A DNA stretch of 64,000 nt from Acetobacteraceae bacterium (GCA_027449745.1 DAIDKZ010000205.1:1798-65797), one strand, 5' to 3'. Positions 36,070-45,553 are shown, counted from the first letter of the stretch. Program-made: numbers and translations. The notes: a model not told the origin generated them from the sequence alone.

Positions 36070-36774
36070 TCACGGCCGCCGTGTGAACACCCAGTAGCGC
36101 GGGCGGCGGCCGGCCCTCAGCGCCTTGGCCTCGTAACGCGTCGGCGGCCAGCCGGCCGGGCGTTCGAATGTGTCCAGTAGCGGCGCGAACAGGGACTGGT
36201 CCTGCATCACCTGCTCGACCCAGGCCTGATAGGTCGGGTCGTCGCTGGCCAGTCGCCATTCCGCTCCCGGCTTCAGCACGCGCGCCAGCAACGGCAGCCT
36301 CTGCGGATGCACGAACCGGCGCTTGGCGTGGCGCGCCTTGGGCCAGGGATCGGGGAACATCAGGTAGAGCCGGTCGAGCGCGGCATCCGGCAGCGCCCGC
36401 AGCAGAACCCGCGCATCCTCGTCCCAGACGCGCAGGTTGGGGGGCAGCGGGCCGGTGGCCTCGGCGCCTTCGGCCACCAGGGGCGCGAGCAGCGAGCAGA
36501 GCCCATTGCGGAACACCTCGCAGGCGATGATCCCGGCCGCGGGATGGGCTGCGGCCAGCGCGCGGGCATGCTCGCCGCCGCCGGCGCCCACTTCCAGCCA
36601 GAGCTCCGCGCAGCCGGCCAGAGGAGCCAAGGGCGCGGCGGGATCGACCCGCAGCCGGGGCAGGGTTTCGGCCAGCAGCCGCTCCTGGCGCGGGCGGAGC
36701 GCGTGCCCGGTCTGGCGACCATAGAGCCGCTCCGGCGGCGGTTTGATCCTGAGCATCGTCGTCTGGCCTGGCAT
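36070..36774 (-). CDS. trmB: tRNA (guanine-N7)-methyltransferase
   Basis: LEVGAGGGEH SAM motif and FPDPWPKARH signature. Confidence 0.85.
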   Translation of the reverse strand: MPGQTTMLRIKPPPERLYGRQTGHALRPRQERLLAETLPRLRVDPAAPLAPLAGCAELWLEVGAGGGEHARALAAAHPAAGIIACEVFRNGLCSLLAPLVAEGAEATGPLPPNLRVWDEDARVLLRALPDAALDRLYLMFPDPWPKARHAKRRFVHPQRLPLLARVLKPGAEWRLASDDPTYQAWVEQVMQDQSLFAPLLDTFERPAGWPPTRYEAKALRAGRRPRYWVFTRRP

Positions 36775-36883
36775 CGTCCCGCCTCAGCTTGACCCTGGTT
36801 GGACCGCGCCGATATGGTGCCCGCGCACGGCGCGCAATGAGATTCCGCGGCGTGTGCGATGTTTCGACTCCCGGGAGAGGCTT

Positions 36884-37969
36884 TTGCCCGCGTTTGGCAG
36901 TTCTGTGCCGGTCGGCCTCGCCGAGTCGGTCCCGGTCCGCGTAGCCGATCCGCCGCATCGCGGTGCGGTCGAGGATTCGCTGGGCGCCCTGGTCGGGCTG
37001 GTCGGCCCTGACCTCGCCGCCTGCAACCGCACCATCGTCGAACGCATGGCGAGCCCGGTGGAGCTGATCCCGCGGCTTGCCGCGCATCTCGTCGCCGCCG
37101 GCGGCAAGCGGCTGCGCCCCTTGCTCACCCTCGCCGCGGCGCGGCTGTGCGGCTATCCGGATGCGGCGGCGGGCGGGGACGGGCTGCGCCATGTCCGCCT
37201 CGCCGCCTGCGTGGAGTTCATCCACAGCGCCACGCTGCTGCACGACGACGTGGTCGACGAGAGCCAGCTCCGCCGGGGCCTGGCCAGCGCCAACGCGGTG
37301 TTCGGCAACCAGGCCTCGGTGCTGGTCGGCGATTTCCTCTTCGCCCGCGCCTTCCAGCTCATGGTCGCCGACGGGTCGCTGCGCGTGCTGGAAATCCTCT
37401 CCCGTGCCGCCGCCACCATCGCCGAGGGCGAGGTGCTGCAACTGGCGACGCAGAACGATCTCGACACGTCCGAGGCCCGGTATCTCGACGTCGTCACCGG
37501 CAAGACCGCGGCCCTGTTCGCCGCCGCCTGCCAGGTCGGCGCCGTGGTGGCCGGGCGGGAGGCGGCGGCCGAGCAGGCGCTGGCCGAATATGGCCTCAAG
37601 CTCGGCATCGCCTTCCAGCTCGTCGACGACGCGCTGGACTATGCCGCCGATCAGGCGACGCTCGGCAAGACCGTCGGTGACGATTTCCGCGAGGGCAAGA
37701 CCACCCTGCCGGTGCTGCTCGCCTACGCCGCCGGGGATGCGGCCGAGCGCGCCTTCTGGGAGCGCACGATCGCCGCCGGCGAGCAGTCCGAGGCGGATCT
37801 GGCGCAGGCTTTCCGGTTGATCCGGGCCCATCGGGCGATCGAGACAACGATCGCGCGGGCGCGGGATTTCGCCGCGGAAGCCCAGGCGGCGCTGGGCCTG
37901 TTTTCGTCCTCGCCGCTGCGCCAGGCGATGCTCGACGCCGCCGACTACGCCGTCTGCCGCGCGCGGTAG
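36884..37969 (+). CDS. ispB: polyprenyl (octaprenyl-type) diphosphate synthase
   Basis: GGKRLRP, first DDxxD (LHDDVVDES) and second DDxxD (LVDDALDY). Start is uncertain: TTG at 36884 after GGGAGAGG, or GTG at 36905. Confidence 0.8.
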   Translation: MPAFGSSVPVGLAESVPVRVADPPHRGAVEDSLGALVGLVGPDLAACNRTIVERMASPVELIPRLAAHLVAAGGKRLRPLLTLAAARLCGYPDAAAGGDGLRHVRLAACVEFIHSATLLHDDVVDESQLRRGLASANAVFGNQASVLVGDFLFARAFQLMVADGSLRVLEILSRAAATIAEGEVLQLATQNDLDTSEARYLDVVTGKTAALFAAACQVGAVVAGREAAAEQALAEYGLKLGIAFQLVDDALDYAADQATLGKTVGDDFREGKTTLPVLLAYAAGDAAERAFWERTIAAGEQSEADLAQAFRLIRAHRAIETTIARARDFAAEAQAALGLFSSSPLRQAMLDAADYAVCRAR

Positions 37970-38046
37970 GTCTGCCGTCGCCCCCGATTGCCGCCGGCGC
38001 GCTTTCGGTCGATCCTGGCGCGGACGAGAATGATGGGGGAAACCGG

Positions 38047-39195
38047 ATGCAGGCCTTCCAGTTCGATGCCGTGACGCTGCCGCCGGAGGCCGAGGCGATG
38101 CGCCGGCGCGTGCGTGCCTTCCTCGCCGAGGAGCGGGCGGCGGGGCATCTGTCCGGGCGCGGCTCCTGGAGCGCCTTCGATCCCGAGTTCAGCCGCCGCG
38201 CCGGCGCCGCCGGCTTCATCGGCGTCACCTGGCCGCGCGAATTCGGCGGCCATGCGCAGTCCTTCCTGGTCCGCTACGTCGTCACCGAGGAAATGCTCGC
38301 CGCCGGCGCCCCGTGCGGCGCGCACTGGGTGGCGGACCGCCAGTCCGGCCCGCAGATTCTGCGCCATGGCAGCGAGGCGGCGAAGCGCGAAATCCTGCCG
38401 CGCATCTGCGCCGGCGAGTGCTTCTTCGCCATCGGCATGAGCGAGCCCGATTCGGGCTCCGACCTCGCCGCCACGCGCACCCGGGCGACGCGCACCGAGG
38501 GAGGGTGGCTGATCAACGGGTCGAAAATCTGGACCTCGCGCGCCCATCGCGCGCACTACCTCATCGCTCTGGTGCGCACCGGCGATGCCGGCGAGGACCG
38601 CCATGGCGGGCTCACCCAGTTCATCGTCGATCTCGGCCAACCCGGCGTCACCGTCCGGCCGATCCGTAATCTCGCCGGCGGGCACGAGTTCAACGAGGTG
38701 TTTTTCAAGGATTATTTCGTCGCCGACGACCGCATGGTGGGCAAGGAAGGCCAAGGCTGGTCGATGGTCACGTCCGAGCTGGCCTTCGAGCGCTCCGGCC
38801 CGGACCGGTTCCTCTCGGACTATCAGCTCCTCGCCGAGCTGATCGACCGCGTCGGCAAGGCACCGGGCGAGCGGCAGGCGGTGGAGATCGGCCGGTTGGT
38901 GGCGCATCTCGCCGCGCTGCGCCGCATGTCGACCGCGATCGCCGGGATGATCGAGAGCGGGCGCAGCCCCGGCGTGGAGGCGGCGCTGGTCAAGGATGTT
39001 GGCACCAATTTCGAGCGCGACCTGCCGGAGGTGGCGCGGCGGATCGTCGCCGTCGAGCCGAGCGTCGATGACGACGAGGACGGGTTCGCCGCGGCGCTGG
39101 CCGATGTCGAACTGCACGCGCCCTCGTTCACCATCCGCGGCGGCACGCGCGAGATTCTCCGCGGCATGATCGCCCGCGGTCTTGGCCTGCGCTGA
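38047..39195 (+). CDS. acyl-CoA dehydrogenase family protein (subunit 1 of a pair)
   Basis: ACAD middle-domain pattern FAIGMSEPDSGSDLA......A....GGW.ING.K.W.S. Confidence 0.85.
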   Translation: MQAFQFDAVTLPPEAEAMRRRVRAFLAEERAAGHLSGRGSWSAFDPEFSRRAGAAGFIGVTWPREFGGHAQSFLVRYVVTEEMLAAGAPCGAHWVADRQSGPQILRHGSEAAKREILPRICAGECFFAIGMSEPDSGSDLAATRTRATRTEGGWLINGSKIWTSRAHRAHYLIALVRTGDAGEDRHGGLTQFIVDLGQPGVTVRPIRNLAGGHEFNEVFFKDYFVADDRMVGKEGQGWSMVTSELAFERSGPDRFLSDYQLLAELIDRVGKAPGERQAVEIGRLVAHLAALRRMSTAIAGMIESGRSPGVEAALVKDVGTNFERDLPEVARRIVAVEPSVDDDEDGFAAALADVELHAPSFTIRGGTREILRGMIARGLGLR

Positions 39196-39205
39196 GGAGA
39201 GGGCG

Positions 39206-40273
39206 ATGAGCAGCGAGATTTCCAGCATTCTCCTCGATCAGGCGGACCGGCTGTTGGCCCAGCACGCCACGCGCGAGCGCCTTGCCGAGGCCGATGAAGG
39301 GGGCTGGCCGGAGGCGCTGTGGCAGGCCGTCGAGGCGGCCGGGCTGCCGCTGGCCCTGGTTGCCGAGGAGGCGGGCGGGGCCGGCCTGGCGGCGGCGGAC
39401 GGCATGCGGCTGCTGCGCCGCGCCGGCTATCACACCGTGCCGCTGCCGCTGGCGGAGACGATGCTCGCCGCGCATCTCTGGGCCGCAGCCGGCGGCGCGG
39501 TGCCGGAGGGTCCGATCACGCTCGGCCCCTGCAACGAGGCGGACGCCCTGACGCTGGAACGTGCCGGCGCGGGCTTCACCCTGCGGGGGCGGTTGCATCG
39601 CGTGCCCTGGGGCGAGCAGGCGGGGCACGTGCTGGTGCATGCCGTCGATGCCGGCGGCACGGCCCATCTCGCCCTGCTGGCGCATCCCCGGGCGGGGAAT
39701 GCGCTGCGGCGCAACCTGGCGCGCGAGCCGCGTGCCACGCTCGATCTCGATGGTGTGGGCGTCGCCGCGGATGCGGTGCGCGAGGCGCCGCCGCTGGCCG
39801 CGGCCGGCCTGCTCGAACTCGGGGCGCTGGCCCGCGCCCAGCAGATGGTCGGCGCGATGGAGCGCTGCCTGGATTACGGCCTGACCTATGCCAACGAGCG
39901 CAAGCAGTTCGGCCGGCCCATCGGCAAGTTCCAGGCGGTGCAGCACATGCTCGCCATCGCCGCCGGCCACTATGCGGCCGCCGCGGCGGCGGCGGATTTC
40001 GCCGCCCAGGAATGGGGCTCGGCGCGGTTCGGTTTCGCCGTCGCGGTGGCCAAGGCGCGCGCCGGCGAGGCGGCGGGTGCCGTGGCCGAGGCGGCGCATC
40101 AGGTGCATGGCGCCATGGGCTTCACCCAGGAGCACCCGCTGCATTTCGCGACGCGGCGGCTATGGTCGTGGCGCGACGAGTTCGGCCATGAGGCGTTGTG
40201 GCAGGAACGGATCGGGCGGCAGGTCTGCGCCGCTGGCGGCGCCGCGCTCTGGCCGATGCTGGTCGGCGCCTGA
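39206..40273 (+). CDS. acyl-CoA dehydrogenase family protein (subunit 2 of a pair)
   Basis: ATG at 39206 after GAGGAGAGG. C-terminal ACAD pattern Y...R.QFGRPIGKFQAVQH.LA and HGAMGFTQEHPLH...RRL. Confidence 0.8.
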   Translation: MSSEISSILLDQADRLLAQHATRERLAEADEGGWPEALWQAVEAAGLPLALVAEEAGGAGLAAADGMRLLRRAGYHTVPLPLAETMLAAHLWAAAGGAVPEGPITLGPCNEADALTLERAGAGFTLRGRLHRVPWGEQAGHVLVHAVDAGGTAHLALLAHPRAGNALRRNLAREPRATLDLDGVGVAADAVREAPPLAAAGLLELGALARAQQMVGAMERCLDYGLTYANERKQFGRPIGKFQAVQHMLAIAAGHYAAAAAAADFAAQEWGSARFGFAVAVAKARAGEAAGAVAEAAHQVHGAMGFTQEHPLHFATRRLWSWRDEFGHEALWQERIGRQVCAAGGAALWPMLVGA

Positions 40274-41487
40274 TGGCGGAGACCTTCGCGGACGGCCCGC
40301 TCACCGGAGTGCGCGTGCTCGATCTGACCAGCGTCATCATGGGGCCGTTCGCCACCCATATCCTCGCCGACCTCGGCGCCGACGTGATCAAGGTGGAAAG
40401 CCCGGACGGGGATCTGCTGCGCCAGTACAAGCCGGCGCGCCATGATGGCATGTCCGGCCCCGTGCTCAACCTCCATCGCAACAAGCGCAGCGTCGCGCTT
40501 GATCTCAAGGAACCGCAAGGGCGGGCGGCGCTGGAGCGGCTGATCCCGACGGCGGACGTGCTGGTGCATAATCTGCGCCCGCAGGCGATGGCCCGGCTCG
40601 GTTTCGGCTATGAGCGCGCGCGCGCGCTGCGGCCGGACATCGTCTATTGCGGCGCCTACGGGTTCTCGGCCGCTGGTCCGTACGGGCACAAGGCGGCCTA
40701 TGACGACCTGATCCAGGCCGGCGCCGGCATCGCCGGGCTGTTCGCCGCCGTGCATGGCGAGCCCGCCTATGTGCCGACGGTGATCTGCGACAAGCTCGCC
40801 GGCCAGGCCATCGCCTATGCCATCCTCGCCGCGCTCTATCAGCGGGCGATGGGCGGCGGCGGCCAGGAGATCGAGGTGCCGATGTTCGAGACCGCGGTGG
40901 AGTTCACCCTGGTCGAGCACCTCACGGGCGCTGCCTTCGATCCGCCGCTCTCGCGCGCCGGCTTCGTCCGCCTGCTCAATCGCGGACGCAAGCCCTACCG
41001 CACCGCCGACGGCTATGCCTGCATCCTGCCCTATTCGGACCGCAACTGGGCCGACTTCTATGCCTTCACCGGCCGCACCGAATTCGCCGGGGACATCCGG
41101 TTCGCGACCCTTGCCGAGCGTGTGCAGCATATCGACATCCTCTACGGCATGATCGAGGAGGAAGCGGTGCGGCGGCCGACCGCGGAATGGGTGGCGTTCT
41201 GCGACCGTGTGAGCATCCCCTGCATGAAGGTTCTCTCGCTCGACGAGCTGCCGGCGGACCCGCACCTCGACGCTGTCGGGCTGTTCGGCCTCGACGAGCA
41301 CCCGAGCGAGGGGCGCTACCGGACGGTGCGCCGCCCGGTGAATTTCAGCGCCGCGCCGTTCCGCATCCGGCGCCCGGCGCCGCGGCTGGGCGAGAACACC
41401 GCCGAGGTTCTGGCCGACGCCGGGTTGAGCGCGGCGGAGATCGAGGCGCTCACGCGGCGCGCGGCGAACGGCATGGGGCCGGCATGA
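40273..41487 (+). CDS. family III (CaiB/BaiF) CoA-transferase
   Basis: ATG at 40273 shares one base with the upstream TGA. N-terminus GPLTGVRVLDLTSVIMGPFATHILADLGADVIKVE. Confidence 0.9.
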   Translation: MAETFADGPLTGVRVLDLTSVIMGPFATHILADLGADVIKVESPDGDLLRQYKPARHDGMSGPVLNLHRNKRSVALDLKEPQGRAALERLIPTADVLVHNLRPQAMARLGFGYERARALRPDIVYCGAYGFSAAGPYGHKAAYDDLIQAGAGIAGLFAAVHGEPAYVPTVICDKLAGQAIAYAILAALYQRAMGGGGQEIEVPMFETAVEFTLVEHLTGAAFDPPLSRAGFVRLLNRGRKPYRTADGYACILPYSDRNWADFYAFTGRTEFAGDIRFATLAERVQHIDILYGMIEEEAVRRPTAEWVAFCDRVSIPCMKVLSLDELPADPHLDAVGLFGLDEHPSEGRYRTVRRPVNFSAAPFRIRRPAPRLGENTAEVLADAGLSAAEIEALTRRAANGMGPA

Positions 41488-42074
41488 CCGGCGTCTCCCG
41501 GCCCTTCATCCTTGGCCTCGGCGGCACCCCGCGGGCGGGGTCCTCCACCGAGCGGGCCTTGCAGGTGGCGCTCGACGCGGCCGCGGCGGCCGGCGCGGAG
41601 ACCGCGCTCCTCGGCGGCGAGGCGCTGAAGCTGCCGATCTACGATCCGGCGGTGATCGATCTGCCCGGGCCCGCCGCCCGCCTGGTTGCGCTCGTCCGCC
41701 GCTGTGACGGGCTGATCGTGGCCTCGCCCGGCTATCACGGCTCGATGTCCGGCATGATCAAGAACGCCCTCGACTATATCGAGGCGCTGCGCGACACGCC
41801 GGCGCCGTATCTGGAGGGGCGCGCCGTGGGCTGCATCGTCTGTGCCCATGGCTGGCAGGCGACGGGAACGACGCTCATCGCGCTGCGCAGCGTGGTCCAC
41901 GCCCTGCGCGGCTGGCCGACGCCGTTCGGCGCCGCGATCAACTCCGCCCAGCCTTTGTTCGATGCCGCCGGCGGCTGCACCGACCCGGCGGTCCAGGCCC
42001 AGCTTGCGCTCGTCGGGCGGCAGGTGGTGGAATTTGCCCATATGCGCCGCGCGTTGGCGGAGGCGTTGCCATGA
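41484..42074 (+). CDS. NADPH-dependent FMN reductase
   Basis: ATGA overlap with the CoA-transferase stop. LGLGGTPRAGSSTERAL and ASPGYHGSMSG.IKNALD motifs. Confidence 0.85.
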   Translation: MTGVSRPFILGLGGTPRAGSSTERALQVALDAAAAAGAETALLGGEALKLPIYDPAVIDLPGPAARLVALVRRCDGLIVASPGYHGSMSGMIKNALDYIEALRDTPAPYLEGRAVGCIVCAHGWQATGTTLIALRSVVHALRGWPTPFGAAINSAQPLFDAAGGCTDPAVQAQLALVGRQVVEFAHMRRALAEALP

Positions 42075-42084
42075 GTCCCTGCCC

Positions 42085-42780
42085 ATGACCGCGGCGCCCG
42101 GCGATCGCGAGGTCGGCGACCGTGCGCTCGGCGACCGTGATCTCGGCGACCGTTTGGGCCGCTGCACCAGCGCCATCGTCCACGACGTCATGCGCGCGCA
42201 GGGCCTCAGGGACTTCGTGCTGCCCGCGGAGTTGCGCCCGATCCTCCCTGATGTGTCACTGGCCGGACCGGCCTTCACCGTCGAGGGACGGCCGGTGCCG
42301 GAGGCGAACGCCGAGGACACGCTGCTGGCCTGGACCGGGCTCCTCTCGCGGGCGCCTTCGGGCCATGTCTGGGTCTCCCAGCCCCATGACCACCTCGTCG
42401 CGCACATGGGCGAACTCTCGGCGGAAACGTTGAAGAACAAAGGCGTGCGCGGCGCAGTGGTGGATGGCGGCGCGCGCGATGTGCGCGATCTGCAGCGGCT
42501 GGGCTTCCAGACCTGGTGCCGCTTCTTCACGCCGCGCGATGTCGTCGGCTACTGGATGCCGAGCGCGGTCGGCGAGGATATCCGCATCGGCGACGTGATG
42601 ATCGCGCCGGGGGACTATCTGCTCGGCGATCGCGACGGGCTGGTGCGCATCCCGCAGCGGCTGATCGCGCCGGTCCTTGCCGCCGCGGAGCAGGCCATGG
42701 CGGCCGAGAGCCAGGTGCGCATGGCGATCAGAGCCGGCGTGGACCCGCAGGAGGCTTTTCGCCGCTACGGTGTCTTCTGA
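42085..42780 (+). CDS. RraA-family protein (RraA / 4-hydroxy-4-methyl-2-oxoglutarate aldolase-like)
   Basis: GELSAETLKNKGVRGAVVDGGARDV motif. The N-terminus carries a 4 x 15-nt repeat, so the true start could lie a few codons downstream. Confidence 0.75.
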   Translation: MTAAPGDREVGDRALGDRDLGDRLGRCTSAIVHDVMRAQGLRDFVLPAELRPILPDVSLAGPAFTVEGRPVPEANAEDTLLAWTGLLSRAPSGHVWVSQPHDHLVAHMGELSAETLKNKGVRGAVVDGGARDVRDLQRLGFQTWCRFFTPRDVVGYWMPSAVGEDIRIGDVMIAPGDYLLGDRDGLVRIPQRLIAPVLAAAEQAMAAESQVRMAIRAGVDPQEAFRRYGVF

Positions 42781-42786
42781 GGAGCG

Positions 42787-43578
42787 ATGATGGACGAGAC
42801 CCAGGCGGATATCGACCGCGTGCTGCCGCGCGCGCTGGACCTCGAGGGCGCCAGCAATGTCCGCGACCTCGGCGGCTGGACGACGCGCGGCGGCGCGCGC
42901 GTGCGCTTCGGCCGCGTCTTCCGCGGCGCTGCACTGGACCGGCTGACGGGTTCCGACCAGCAGCGCCTCGCCGGCCTCGGCCTGCGTGCGGTGTGCGATT
43001 TTCGTGGCGTGAAGGAACGCGCCCGCGCCCCCTCGCGCTTGGACGGGCTGGGCGCGGCGGTCCACTCCCTGCCCATCGAGCCGCGCATCGGCGCCTCGCT
43101 GGCCGACATCCTGGCGACCCGCGAGGCCACCGGGGAGGATGTGCTGAGCCTGATGCGCAAGGCCTATCTGTCCTATGCGATGGACTGGCACGGCCATTAC
43201 CGGCGCGTGTTCGAACTGCTGCTCGACGAGGATGGCGCGCCGCTGCTGTTCCACTGCTCGGCCGGCAAGGACCGCACCGGGTTCGGCGCCGCCCTCATCC
43301 TGACGGCGCTGGACGTGCCGTGGGAGAGCGTGCTGGAGGATTATCTTGCCACCAACCGGCTATGGCGGGCGGAGGCGTCGCTGGCGCACGCGCTGCCGCC
43401 GCCGGTGGCGGAGGTGATGCTGCGCGTGCACCCGGACCTGCTGGAATACGCGTTCGCGGTCCTGCGCGCCGAGTTCGGCTCGGTCGAGCAGTATCTGGAG
43501 GCGAGACTCGGCCTCGATGCGCCGCGCCTGGCCCGTTTGCGCGCGTTGCTGCTGGAGGCGCCGCCCGGCATGGGTTGA
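42787..43578 (+). CDS. protein-tyrosine phosphatase (Y_phosphatase3-type)
   Basis: Active-site loop HCSAGKDRTG. N-terminal NVRDLGG motif. Confidence 0.85.
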   Translation: MMDETQADIDRVLPRALDLEGASNVRDLGGWTTRGGARVRFGRVFRGAALDRLTGSDQQRLAGLGLRAVCDFRGVKERARAPSRLDGLGAAVHSLPIEPRIGASLADILATREATGEDVLSLMRKAYLSYAMDWHGHYRRVFELLLDEDGAPLLFHCSAGKDRTGFGAALILTALDVPWESVLEDYLATNRLWRAEASLAHALPPPVAEVMLRVHPDLLEYAFAVLRAEFGSVEQYLEARLGLDAPRLARLRALLLEAPPGMG

Positions 43579-43639
43579 CGCCCGCCGCCGCCGGCTCTTT
43601 GCTGGCGGCGTTCGAGGACCGGAAACAGGGGGAACTGCC

Positions 43640-44050
43640 GTGCCGCGCCGACGCTTGCCGGGATTGACCATACTCGCGGCCCTGCCGTTTCTCGCCGGCT
43701 GCGACCTCACGGCGCAGCAGATGCCGCCCTCACACCCCTATTTCGTGTTCTTCGCGCCCAACAGCGCCGCGCTGGATGGAACGGGGCGGACGATCGTCGC
43801 CGACGCTGCGGCGTATGCGAAGGTCTACCCGCTCGCCCCGATCGCGGTCACCGGGTATGGCGACCCCGCCGTCGGCGCTGCCGATGCTGCACGCATGGCG
43901 CGGCTGCGCGCCGACGCGCTGGTGAAGGAACTCACGGCCGACGGCGTCGATGCCAGGCGCATCGCCGTCCGTCCGCCTGCGGTCGGCGCCGACGTCGCCT
44001 CCTCGCAGGCGGCGCGGCGTGGCGACATCGTCGTCGGCCTGCTGCCCTGA
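43640..44050 (+). CDS. OmpA-family lipoprotein
   Basis: GTG at 43640 after AGGGGGA. Lipobox LAGC. OmpA-like pattern F....S..L.......I...A.........I.V.GY.D......A...L...RA..V...L...GV...RI. Confidence 0.7.
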   Translation: MPRRRLPGLTILAALPFLAGCDLTAQQMPPSHPYFVFFAPNSAALDGTGRTIVADAAAYAKVYPLAPIAVTGYGDPAVGAADAARMARLRADALVKELTADGVDARRIAVRPPAVGADVASSQAARRGDIVVGLLP

Positions 44051-44063
44051 GGCGCCGGGCCGG

Positions 44064-45212
44064 CTACCTGCGCGCCTGATCCCTGCGGCGCCGCGCCAGG
44101 CCCAGGATCGCCAGCCCGCCGAGCGCGGCGAGGGCAGAGCCGGCGAAGACCGCACGCTTGGCCTGCGCGAGCAAGGCGGGATCGGCGAAGGCGAGGTCGC
44201 CAATGAACAGGCTCATGGTGAAGCCGATGCCGCACAGGCCGGCGGCACCGAGCAGATGGACGGGCCGGATCTCCGGCGCGAGGCGCACCAGCCCGAGCCG
44301 GATGGCGAGCTGGGTGGTGGCGAACACGCCGATGGGCTTGCCCACGAGCAGCCCGGCCAGAATGCCGAGCGTGACCGGATCGGCCCAGCCGCCGCCCCCG
44401 CCCAGGCCGACGCCGGCATTGGCGAGGCCGAACAGCGGCAGGACCCCGAGCGCCACGATCCAGCCCAGCGAACGCTCCAGGCGCACGGTTTGCGTGGCCG
44501 GCACGGCGAAGGCGAGCGCCACGCCGGCCAGCGTCGGATGCAGGGCACTGGCGCGCAAGAGCAGCCAGAGGCCGAGGAAGCCGGCCGGGATCGCGGCCCA
44601 TCCGAGCGCGTCCGGCAAGCGCGGCCCGGCCCAGCGCAGGGCCAGCCACAGCGCCGCCGCAGCGCCCAGCGGCACCGGGACGACGGCGTGGCCGAACGCG
44701 AGCGCGATCACCGCGATGGCGATGAGGTCGTCGATGATGGCGAGCGCGGCGAGGAACGTCGCCAGCGCCTCCGGCACGCCGCGCCCGGCGAGGCGGAGCA
44801 TGGCGAGGGAGAAGGCGATGTCGGTCGCCAGCGGCACGGCCCAGCCTTGGCGCGCTGCCGGGTCGTGCCAGGCGAGCGCGAGATAGAGCGCCACCGGCAG
44901 CACCGCCCCGCCGGCGGCGGCCAGCGCCGGCGCCGCCGCTCGTCGCGGTGAGGCCAGCGCCCCCGTGCTCATCTCGCGGCGGATCTCGAGCAAGACGAGC
45001 AGGAAGAAAAGGCTCATCAGGCCCTGATTGATCCATTCGAGCAGGCTCGTACCGGCGAGGGGCAGGGCCTTGAGCGAGTCCAGCAGCCCGGCGGCGCCGG
45101 AATTCGCCCAGATCAGCGATGCGGTCGACCCGGCGATGAGCAGGGCGCCGCCGACGCGCTCGGCGTGAAGGAATCCGCCGAGCGCGCGATCCGGGGCGCT
45201 GTCCTGGTTCAG
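44064..45212 (-). CDS. nhaA: Na+/H+ antiporter NhaA (non-canonical start inferred)
   Basis: Colinear with E. coli NhaA as recalled (ATDIAF, IIDDL, LPLFGLANAGV, GKP.G). Homology continues 65 codons upstream of the first ATG (45017), through FLHAERVGGALLIAGSTASLIWANSG. That stretch has no ATG/GTG/TTG. A CTG at 45212 overlaps the cbpM stop (CTGA). Confidence 0.7.
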   Translation of the reverse strand: MNQDSAPDRALGGFLHAERVGGALLIAGSTASLIWANSGAAGLLDSLKALPLAGTSLLEWINQGLMSLFFLLVLLEIRREMSTGALASPRRAAAPALAAAGGAVLPVALYLALAWHDPAARQGWAVPLATDIAFSLAMLRLAGRGVPEALATFLAALAIIDDLIAIAVIALAFGHAVVPVPLGAAAALWLALRWAGPRLPDALGWAAIPAGFLGLWLLLRASALHPTLAGVALAFAVPATQTVRLERSLGWIVALGVLPLFGLANAGVGLGGGGGWADPVTLGILAGLLVGKPIGVFATTQLAIRLGLVRLAPEIRPVHLLGAAGLCGIGFTMSLFIGDLAFADPALLAQAKRAVFAGSALAALGGLAILGLARRRRDQARR

Positions 45213-45553
45213 GGTTCGATCACCGCGTGCCCGGCGCGCGCGAGTCGTTCGGCGATCTCGCGCCGGAGCCCGGGCTGGCCGGCGGTCTCGATCGCGCCGC
45301 AGACCAGGCGCAGCTGCCGCCGCAGCGCATGCACCTCGTCGAGCAGGCCCAGCACCACCGGCAGGGTCTCCTCGTCGATGGCGAGATCGGCGGTGAGTTC
45401 ATGGATCAGCCGCACCCGGGCGAGGTCGATCTCGCGGAACAGGAAGCAGCCGGCGTGGCGCTCGGGCCGCACCCAGGCGGCCTCGATCCAGCGCGCCAGG
45501 GCGACGGGATCGAGCCCGGTGACGAGGGTGCAGACGGTTTGCTCGGTGATCAT
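45209..45553 (-). CDS. cbpM: chaperone modulatory protein CbpM (MerR-like)
   Basis: 114-aa ORF directly after a DnaJ-like gene, with an ATGA overlap. Composition and length fit CbpM. Confidence 0.7.
   Translation of the reverse strand: MITEQTVCTLVTGLDPVALARWIEAAWVRPERHAGCFLFREIDLARVRLIHELTADLAIDEETLPVVLGLLDEVHALRRQLRLVCGAIETAGQPGLRREIAERLARAGHAVIEP

Noticed and set aside
45205-45225. tRNA T-loop-like GGTTCGATC
   Set aside because: The flanking sequence cannot form acceptor, D or anticodon arms. It lies at the coding junction of cbpM and nhaA.
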